Source: Paraspadella gotoi
Lineage: Eukaryota; Animalia; Chaetognatha
Assembly: GCA_051294375.1 (NCBI GenBank)
Contig: CM119267.1
Location: forward strand, 23,065,486 to 23,129,485
Direction: 5' to 3'
Length of the DNA stretch: 64,000 nucleotides
Positions 55,380 through 64,000 of the stretch are shown here, in pieces (the stretch's first letter is position 1; every line of letters begins with the position of its first letter). The notes under the pieces were generated by a model, which worked only from the letters and a program-made list of their open reading frames with translations, was not told where the DNA came from and searched no databases. Both the position numbers and the translations under genes were made by a program.

Positions 55380-55959
55380 GTACCCCTTTTTTGTGACCAG
55401 AACACGTTCCGAAAAAAAACTATTGAATAGATTTTAATGAAATTTGGTATGAACGATGTGAATACAAATAGAAATATCGAGGTGAATTTCAATATTGACC
55501 CCTGAGCCGAGATATGGAGCCCGATAGGGGTCACTCATGGGGGCAAAAAATGGTCAAAATTTGTTGTTTTTTTTTGTTTTGTTTTGTTTTGAACAGTTGC
55601 CCTTGACATTTATTCTTGCACAAAAATGTATTTATTTCCACAAAAATATTAGTTTACCATAAGTTTCAGCTTCATGAACATCAGGCTGTTCAAGTCAGAT
55701 TTTGAATAATTTATATGTTTAAAACATCGATGAACCTGATTCTACTAAAAAATTATAAAAAATGAAAAAAAAATTTTTAGCCTTTTTTGGCCCCCCAGGG
55801 GTCCAGCCCCAGGGCCCTGTATCTCTTGTCAGGGGTTGAATATTAAAATTCACCTCAATAGTTCCATTTTTATTGTCATTAGAACTCTAAATGTAAAAAT
55901 TTATGAAATTCGATCCAGTAGTTTAGTGGGAACAGGTTCTGGTCACAAAAAAGGGGTAC
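55380..55959. mobile_element. Palindromic element, copy 2
   Basis: Same termini and body as 53269-53847. Confidence 0.75.
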
Positions 55960-56712
55960 TGTGGCGGAATATTCACATTGCCTCACGTCCACCATCGTTC
56001 AGCCAAAATCCATTGGCTCAGAGGGGGAACACACCATCCCAGGCGTAGTGTTCCATCCACAGTCCTAACGACTTCCCTCTGCATTGGCAAAGTGAGACTG
56101 TCCTCGGGTAACCGCGCCAGTGACTGGATGCGTCACTGAGGGTCGGAAAGCCCCAAAGCCAACAGTGAGATGCCCGCATCCCAATGGGCATCACAGGCAA
56201 CCAGGCTGTTGCCATAAGTGGTGAGCCCTACTCATCGAACACGCAACCTTCTCAGGGTACGCTACGACAAACGCCTATACCCTGCCGACTTCGGGTACGC
56301 TACGACAAACGCCTATGCCCCTAGGGGTACTCTAACGACAAACGCCTATGCCCCCACAACTCGCGCTCTCTCTTCTCTCCCACTATGGTAACAGTCTTGT
56401 CAGACACCCTCTCAGGCTTGAGGAACCTGAGTGATTGTCTTGGTCTGGGGGATCCTGTGGCGGTATATTCACACCGCCTCACATCCATCATCGTTCAGCC
56501 AAAATCCATTGGCTCAGAGGGGGAACACACCATCCCAGGCGTAGTGTTCCATCCACAAGTCCTAACGGACTTCCTCTGCGTTGGCAAAGCGAGACCGTCC
56601 TAAGGTAACCGCGCCAGTGACTGGATGCGTCACTGAGGGTCGGAAGCCCCCAAAGCCAACAGTGAGATGCCCTATCCCAATGGGCATCACAGGCAACCGC
56701 GACTGTGGCCAT
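55960..56712. repeat. Two diverged 255-nt structured repeats separated by three 28-nt tandem repeats
   Basis: 55960-56216 and 56457-56712 are similar; GGGTACGCTACGACAAACGCCTATGCCC-like unit occurs three times at about 56255-56354. Confidence 0.85.
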
Positions 56713-56749
56713 CCAGTAGCCATACGATTTTATAATATGAAGCCTTCTG

Positions 56750-56774
56750 NNNNNNNNNNNNNNNNNNNNNNNNN
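56750..56774. other. Assembly gap (25 N)
   Basis: Run of N; CCTTCTG is present on both sides. Confidence 0.99.
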
Positions 56775-56873
56775 CCTTCTGTATATAAAATAATAAAAAG
56801 ACGATCGTTCACGGTATTTATTTTAATAATACCATCTAGGAAAAAAGTATATCGCATAGAGGAAATCTACTCG

Positions 56874-57066
56874 GATCTTTAGAGATGCGGACATCAACGC
56901 GCCCCCTGGCTCGACACGCGCTATGGCTGTATCGGAAGCTTTTGCCAAGGGCGTGGATCTGGACGTCATTCTACGTGCAGGGGATTGGTCTGGGGCACAG
57001 ACCTTCTTCCGTTTTTACTGTCGGGAGTCGGCGTGGAGTCTCTCTCAGATGGGTCTTGTGGACTGA
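56874..57066 (+). mobile_element. DIRS-type tyrosine recombinase fragment, copy 2
   Basis: Appears identical to 53907-54099. Confidence 0.75.
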
Positions 57067-57276
57067 GTGATTTCGTGGCATTCGCTTTCGCTGAGCTAGT
57101 ATCTGAGAGGAGGAAGAGGAGGAGGAGGAAGAGCAGGAGGAGGAAGAGCAGGAGGATCCTGCTTTTCCGTTTTTTCTTTTGTCCTTTCTTGTGGACAACA
57201 CGACATCTGGAACAAAAGAGCAACTACGTGGTGGAGAGGAGCCATGAAGAATCCCGGTTCCACTTGCAACCAAAAA

Positions 57277-58107
57277 TTAACATTTGGTAAGAAAAGTTAC
57301 ATTAGAAAATGTACAACAATGGTAAATTTAATAAATAAGTAGAAAGACATAAACTAAAATTATTTAAATTAATTCGGATAAAAATCATGGTCAGAGAGGG
57401 CTCGAGGCTTTGATGTAAATCGCCTTCTCTAATACCTCTTGAGAACGCGTTTGGGGACGATTCGACCTCCCTCCTATCTATGATTCGCTTATTAAAAGTG
57501 TGGTGGAGCGCCCTTTCTCCACCCACAGCCGCATCGAGTCTGTAATTCCCGTTGCAAAAGCGAAACAGACCACCGCCCGCCTCGCCGAACAGGCGAGACG
57601 AGGGCCCTCGGCAGGCTTATCAGGCCTGGAGAGATATTCGAGTTGCACTGGCCTCTTTCCGCCTGGGATCTCTACCGGACCCGTCCATGTCGCACTCCAC
57701 CACAATAGCCTCCAGCCAGACAACCAATGACCGACCACATCGTCAGCATCCCCCATTGTTGGACCCGGGAGGGGGGGCAGCTCATTTGAAGCTTTTTCTT
57801 TTTCTTATTTTTCTCTTACTCTTTCACTTACCTATCCCTCAACATCTTTATTTCAATTTCATCTAAACTTCACTCCTTTATTAATTTTTATCTGAATTAA
57901 TTTTAAATATTTAGTTTTGTTTAAGTCTGTCTACTTATTTATTAATTTACCATTGTTGTACATTTTCTAATGTAACTTTTCTTACCAAATGTTAACCTCT
58001 GCTTCTCTGTCTCTCTCTCTCTCTCTCCCTCACTCCCTTTTTCTACTAGCTTAAACCTGTCCTACATTTCACCATTGTCCTGTCTCATATCTTTGTTGGC
58101 CATTTCT

Positions 58108-58143
<36 letters not shown>

Positions 58144-58282
58144 TTTAAAGTCAATTTGGAAAAGCATGAAAATTGTGAATTGTCAAAAGCACTGATGAAG
58201 GCTTGAATGAAAGCCGAAACTTGTCTGTACAATAAATAAAATCGTTGCTGTATCTAAGACTTTGTCTTTAATTTCAATTAAA
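57277..58282 (+). mobile_element. Third copy of the Penelope-like remnant
   Basis: Same sequence as 54310-55318 with more indel noise. Confidence 0.8.
58179..58233 (+). ncRNA. Minimal type I hammerhead ribozyme (copy 4)
   Basis: Identical 55-nt motif to copy 2. Confidence 0.78.
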
Positions 58283-58342
58283 AAATAATGAAAACATTAA
58301 CTGTAAATAAAAAATAACAGAAGGCTTCATATTAACAATGTG

Positions 58343-58917
58343 GTACCCCTTTTTTGTGACCAGAACACGTTCCGAAAAAAAACTATTGAATAGATTTTAA
58401 TGAAATTTGGTATGAACGATGTGAATACAAATAGAAATATCGAGGTGAATTTCAATATTGACCCCTGAGCCGAGATATGGAGCCCGATAGGGGTCACTCA
58501 TGGGGGCAAAAATGGTCAAAATTTGGTTTTTTTTTTGTTTTGTTTTGTTTTGAACAGTTGCCCTTGACATTTATTCTTGCACAAAAATGTATTTATTTCC
58601 ACAAAAATATTAGTTTACCATAAGTTGTCAGTTCATGAACATCAGCTGTTCAAGTCAGATTTTGAATAATTTTATGTTTAAAACATCGATGAACCTGATT
58701 CTACTAAAAAATTATAAAAAATGAAAAAAAAATTTTTAGCCTTTTTGGCCCCCCAGGGGTCCAGCCCAGGGCCCTGTATCTCTTGTCAGGGGTTGAATAT
58801 TAAAATTCACCTCAATAGTTCCATTTTTATTGTCATTAGAACTACTAAATGTAAAAATTTATGAAATTCGATCCAGTAGTTTAGTGGGAACAGGTTCTGG
58901 TCACAAAAAAGGGGTAC
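58343..58917. mobile_element. Palindromic element, copy 3
   Basis: Same termini and body as 53269-53847. Confidence 0.75.
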
Positions 58918-59661
58918 TGTGGCGGAATATTCACATTGCCTCACGTCCACCATCGTTCAGCCAAAATCCATTGGCTCAGAGGGGGAACACACCATCCCAG
59001 GCGTAGTGTTCCATCCACAGTCCTAACGACTTCCCTCTGCATTGGCAAAGTGAGACTGTCCTGGTAACGCGCCAGTGACTGGATGCGTCACTGAGGGTCG
59101 GAACCCCCAAAGCCAACAGTGAGATGCCCCATCCCAATGGGCATCACAGGGCAACCAGGCTGTTGCCATAAGTGGTGAGCCCTACTATCGAACACGCAAC
59201 CTTCTCAGGGTACGCTACGACAAACGCCTATACCCTGCCGACTTGGGTAACGCTACGACAAACGCCTATGCCCCTGGGTATGCTCTACGACAAACGCCTA
59301 TGCCCCCACAACTCGCGCTCTCTCTCTCTCCCACTATGGTAACAGTCTTGTCAGACACCCTCTCAGGCTTTGAGGAACCTGAGTGATTTCTTGGTCTGGG
59401 GATCCTGTGGCGGTATATTCACACCGCCTCACATCCATCATCGTTCAGCCAAAATCCATTGGCTCAGAGGGGAACACACCATCGCCAGGCGTAGTGTTCC
59501 ATCCACAATCCTAACGGACTTCCCTCTGCGTTGGCAAAGCGAGACCGTCCTAAGGTAACCGCGCCAGTGACTGGGATGCGTCACTGAGGTCGGAAGCCCC
59601 CAAAGCCAACAGTGAGATGCCCTATCCAATGGGCATCACAGGCAACCCGACTGTGGCCATA
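58918..59661. repeat. Second copy of the paired 255-nt structured repeat block
   Basis: Near-identical to 55960-56712. Confidence 0.85.
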
Positions 59662-59685
59662 GTACCACATTTTATAATATGAAGC

Positions 59686-59869
59686 CTTCTGTATATAAAA
59701 TAATAAAAAGAGATCGTTCACGGTATTTATTTTAATAATACATCTAGGAAAAAAGTATACTCGCATAGAGGAAATCTACTCGAAAATTATGTGATATACT
59801 TTTTTCCTAGATGGTATTATTAAATAAATGCCGTGAACGATCGTCTTTTTATTATTTTATATACAGAAG
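59686..59869. repeat. About 185-bp hairpin (inverted repeat with about 80-nt arms)
   Basis: CTTCTGTATATAAAATAATAAAA...CTAGGAAAAAAGTATA pairs with TATACTTTTTTCCTAG...TTTTATTATTTTATATACAGAAG. Confidence 0.85.
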
Positions 59870-59871
59870 AC

Positions 59872-59896
59872 NNNNNNNNNNNNNNNNNNNNNNNNN
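59872..59896. other. Assembly gap (25 N)
   Basis: Run of N. Confidence 0.99.
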
Positions 59897-60803
59897 TTCA
59901 TATTATAAAATTATTATTAGGAAATCTACTCGAAAATTATGTAATATACTTTTTTCCTAGATAGTAATAACAAATAGTGGAAAAAAGGCGCTTTTAAAAT
60001 GATGATTTAAAATTTAGATAAAAACTAATCCCATAAATGAGAGGAACTAAATCATGAGCAGATGTCGAATGAACCGATCTACAAATCTACATATCTCTTT
60101 TTCCTAAAACTGTTTCAAACTCGCGTCTTTTTAATTCCTCCCTCCCCAATTTTCTAATTTTCCTTCCTTCCTTCTCCCTCCTCAATTTCCTTCTTTGTCC
60201 TCTCCTCCTTCTCAACTTTCTTCCTATTCCTCGCCTCATTTTCCTCGCTTCCTTTTCCTCACCACCTCTCCCCTCTCTTTTCTTTCCTCAACTTCCTTCC
60301 TTTTCATTCTCTCGAAAAGTCCCGACACAAGTTTCTCTCCCCGCTTCGTCGTCCCATTAGCATCTTTTCCTCCTTTTGAAAAAAAAATGAGATCATCGTC
60401 CTCGGTTCGTCGCGGTTTCCATTCGATGGCAATTTCGTGCAGATGCACCGATTATGGTGGGATTTCTCGAACAAAAGGCGTCGATTGTCTCGTGACCACG
60501 ATACGGCTGTGTCGAGCGAGTATTCTAATCTTTTAGTTTTAAAGGTGAAATGAGTCGAGTGATATCAGGCTTGTCAAAAACAATTTACAATTTTGAATTT
60601 TATAAATATCTCGCTCGCTCTCTCCTTTTCTCTTTCTTTCTCCCCCTCTCTCCTTCCTCACCATCAAACATGCAAATTCCATTTCTCTCTATTTTCGGCG
60701 AGAGATTCCGCGGCAGCGAAACAGCGGCAGCAGCGACGACGTCCGCTTGGTGTCGCTTTTCAATTCGCTTGATGGCTGAGTATGTATTTCGTTCCGTAAA
60801 TAT

Positions 60804-60829
60804 TCTCTCTCTCTCTCTCTCTTCCTCTT

Positions 60830-60877
<48 letters not shown>
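60804..60877. repeat. (CT)n microsatellite upstream of CNIH4
   Basis: Interrupted CT run read directly. Confidence 0.95.
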
Positions 60878-60880
<3 letters not shown>

Positions 60881-61165
60881 GCCGTTATGGCCGCCTTCTG
60901 ATCTATTCGGTCGAGACTCGAAAAGAATAGATTCACTCCTTGAGGCGTTTTTGCCTTACTTTCCACTCACTTCCTCTCTCTCTCCCACTTTCTCCACAGA
61001 TTCTTTAACTAATTCCCCTTTTATGAAAAACTCTTGCGATTCCCCCATTTCGTCGAATCGATCTTCGGAAACGGAAACTCGAATGACGTCGAATTCGTAG
61101 CGGAGAAAAAGAAGAGACTCACGATTCACTCATTGATCTCATTTTTTTGAGGACGAAAAAACAAG

Positions 61166-62072
61166 ATGAATTTGGACGTCGCCGTCTTCGTCTATTCTTT
61201 CTTCGGCGGCGCCTTTTTGTTATTTCTCACGGGTAAAGACGAAGCGCCGGGTTTAGGTTTGAAAGTTAATAGAATTATGCTAATAAATCAAAGATAGACG
61301 GATATATAGCTTAATCAGAGATGATTCACCAAATAAGGGTTCTATTTCTTTCCAAGATAAAAATCAAATGTGAGAAAGTTCTTTATTTAGTATCCTTTCA
61401 TGTAAATTGTTATTTCGTTTATAGTTTATTTCATCATTACGCTGTCGGATTTGGAATGCGATTATATCAATGCGAGGCAATGCTGCTCAAAGTTGAACAA
61501 GGTACACATTTTAATTTTTTTTAGTTTTCACATTTAATCATACTAAGTATTTACGTACTTATTTTGTCACCAACTCTTTTCACCCATTTTCCTTCTTCCT
61601 TCAGTTCGTCATCCCGGAGATGGTCGTTCACGCCACCATCTGCGTGGGATTCCTTCTAACGTGGCACTACATTATGTTCCTCATCACGTTGCCAATGACC
61701 GCCTGGAATTTGAGGTAAAACGTTGCTAATGATAGTTACAATTAAACGGGCGTCATTTTGATCTCTTTCAATATGATCTTAAAATTAAATTAAAGTTAAA
61801 TTCCTTTTCTTCTTCCCCAGAAAATCGATCAACCTCCGACCTGGGAATTTAGGATACTACGATCCCGCCGGTAAGCGCGAAAAACTCTCTTTAACTATGA
61901 ATTTAAGATTAATCTCGTCACCTCCACATTCCTCTGCCTCACCTCAGAGATTCACAATCGAGGTCAACTGAAAAATTACCTTAAAGAGACAATGATCAAA
62001 CTGGGCTATCATCTCGTCTGCTTCTTCCTTCTCCTCTACTGCATGATCGTCGCCTTGGTGCAGCAGGATTAA
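61166..62072 (+). CDS. CNIH4: Cornichon homolog 4
   Basis: [70 protein letters not shown] across five exons. Confidence 0.95.
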
Positions 62073-62516
62073 ACATCCCACAGTCGCCAGACTCTTTTCT
62101 TCATTTTCCGTCCGCCGCGTCGGATGTCGGGCAACTCGACGAGCGCGGGTTTCGCTCGCGTCTCCCATTCCTCATTACCTTCGATTTTTCTAGCCAAAAT
62201 TTCATCCCCCTAATCTATTGTGCCAAGAAGAACCGTTTAACGGGTTGAACAATCAACGTTCGCCTTTTTTGCCGATTTAGTTACATTTGTTTCGTATCTC
62301 GTCGCATCTAAAAATTTCTCGACGGTTTTTGTCTCCCTTAAATTCACTCGTGATTTTTGGGCGTTGATCAAATGCTTCATTATGGTTTAAACTAGATAGC
62401 GATGTTCTATTAATTTTTTTTCCAGTCTTTTCGCCATTGGGCTTTATTAAAAAAAAAAACATTAAAACTAAACGTACAAAAAAACAAGGGGCGTGGTTTT
62501 TGAAAATTCTTGGTAC

Positions 62517-64000
62517 ATGGCGGGTCGCGGATTTTCCGGTAGAGGACGCCCTTTCGGTTTCGGCCCCAACGAACCGAGGATGTTCTTCGGCGGATCCGGT
62601 CCCATGGGAAACAATGGCTTGATGGGACCGGGACCCGGTACGGAATAAAATAAATTTTTAAAGCCCCCCCCCCCATACCCCCACCAGTAAAAGCAGCTCT
62701 TTTACAACACTTTAATATTCCTTTAAAGGCTTTAACGGAGGAGGCATGCCGGCCCACCCGATGTCCGGCCGCGAACCCTTCGATAGATTCGGTCCTTTCG
62801 ATGAAAATCGTCCGCCAATGTGCGGCCCCCCATCGATGGGCCGTTTCGACGACCGTGTTCCCCCGCGTTTTCCCGACGACGCCCCACTCTATGTTCCGCG
62901 CGGAATGGACGGACCCCAGCGCGACCTATACTCCCGCTCTCCTCCGCCGATGCGTCTCATGGACGGGCGGGGATTCCAGGGCGGAATGAGAGGAGGGCGG
63001 GACTTCATGCGAGACCACCGCTCGAGAGAACGGTCCCCCTTGGATGAAGAGAGAGGTGGGTGTAACCTTTATTTGGATGTAGAGGAATTGCTTAATAAAG
63101 CGGTTCTTATATGGAAGTGCTTACTAACTTCAATAACTTAAATAATTGTGATATCATTGTTTAAACAGCGAGTCCAGCCCTCGGCAGTCAGCCGCCCCCT
63201 CCACCTTCGGAGGACGACACTCAAAACTCAGAACGTCGCCCTCTTATCTATAAACTCCTGGATCCTCTGTCGAACAAGAGCACGCCTTTGATTGGTCTCC
63301 AACATATGTACGAGCACCAAAACGAAGGACAGCAAGTGAGGTGAGAAAGCTTTACGTATTTGGAAGCGGGGCTCTAGGATTCGTGGGTATTTTTAAGTAC
63401 ATCTGCCCTTCTGTCGTCGTCGTTGTTTCAAATACTTTCAAATGCGGTCAAACTAATAATTCCCTCCTTTCCACACTGTTCCCATCTTCAGGTACGAGTG
63501 CCGGCTTTGCAAGGCTCTCATCAAGGACGCTTCCATCTTCCTCAAGCACGTGACTGGCGAACATCACAAGCGGAAATTCATCCAAGACTTTTACATGAAC
63601 TACGAATTTCTACTCAACACCGTCAACACCAAGAAGGAGCAGAAGGCGAAGATGGAGGAGTACGTCGCTGAGATCTACGAGAAGGATGGAAGGCAGAACG
63701 TGAGACTCGTCGTTGACGGGGAGGAGGTCTTTTGGGCGGGCGACGATAAGAGCGCCGAAAGACAGTCTCCGCCGCCGCCACCGCAGCCGATCAGAACGAA
63801 AAAACCTTCTTCCGCCAAACCGGTCGCCGACGACGTCGTCTCCTCGACATCTTCCACGATCGAATCGGATAAGAAGGATGACTATTCGCAGGCCGACGTG
63901 GACGAGATGCTCAAACGCGTCGTCAACGACTCTACCATCAAACCGGTTGGTGGCAGCCTCGGCCGAGGATTGGGCGGGGTGTTGGCCGGACTGAGAAACT
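62517..64000 (+). CDS. Gly/Pro/Arg-rich protein with matrin/U1-type C2H2 zinc finger (runs off the window)
   Basis: Low-complexity GP/RGG-rich N-terminus, then PLIGLQHMYE..YECRLC..FLKHVTGEHHKRKF; GT-AG exon structure. Confidence 0.65.

Noticed and set aside
56255-56354. Three 28-nt direct repeats resembling a mini CRISPR array
   Set aside because: Spacers are only a few nt, context is eukaryotic and no cas genes are present.
60195-60966. Several short ORFs upstream of CNIH4
   Set aside because: Derived from pyrimidine-rich and CT-repeat sequence with no protein signature.

Overview
Compact, intron-rich invertebrate animal genomic DNA (introns mostly about 60-150 nt; the ORF track shows only exon fragments). 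Manual splicing supports a U1 snRNA gene (- strand) and 16 protein-coding genes that all lie on the + strand: a small PY-motif membrane protein, eIF4A3, ENL/AF9, SET, TMEM179-like, PQLC1, ZDHHC2/15/20-like, GOLM1/2-like, PDIA3, neuralized, two tandem highly divergent Rel-homology (RHD+IPT) genes, ANKRD27, DCAF10, CNIH4 and a truncated matrin-type zinc-finger gene. A secreted coiled-coil/knottin gene with apparent frameshifts is nested antisense in DCAF10 intron 1. The interval 51.9-59.9 kb is a composite repeat block (Penelope-like fragments carrying four minimal hammerhead ribozymes, DIRS recombinase fragments, palindromic elements, two 25-N gaps) that is probably partly an assembly duplication. 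The strongest leads are (1) operon-like co-orientation with 300-450 bp spacers and splice acceptors just upstream of start codons, suggesting polycistronic transcription with trans-splicing, (2) the Cys-less Rel/NFAT-like gene pair, (3) the nested knottin gene, and (4) an unexplained 300-nt structured island in an ENL intron. All gene models were spliced by eye, so exon boundaries and start codons are approximate.
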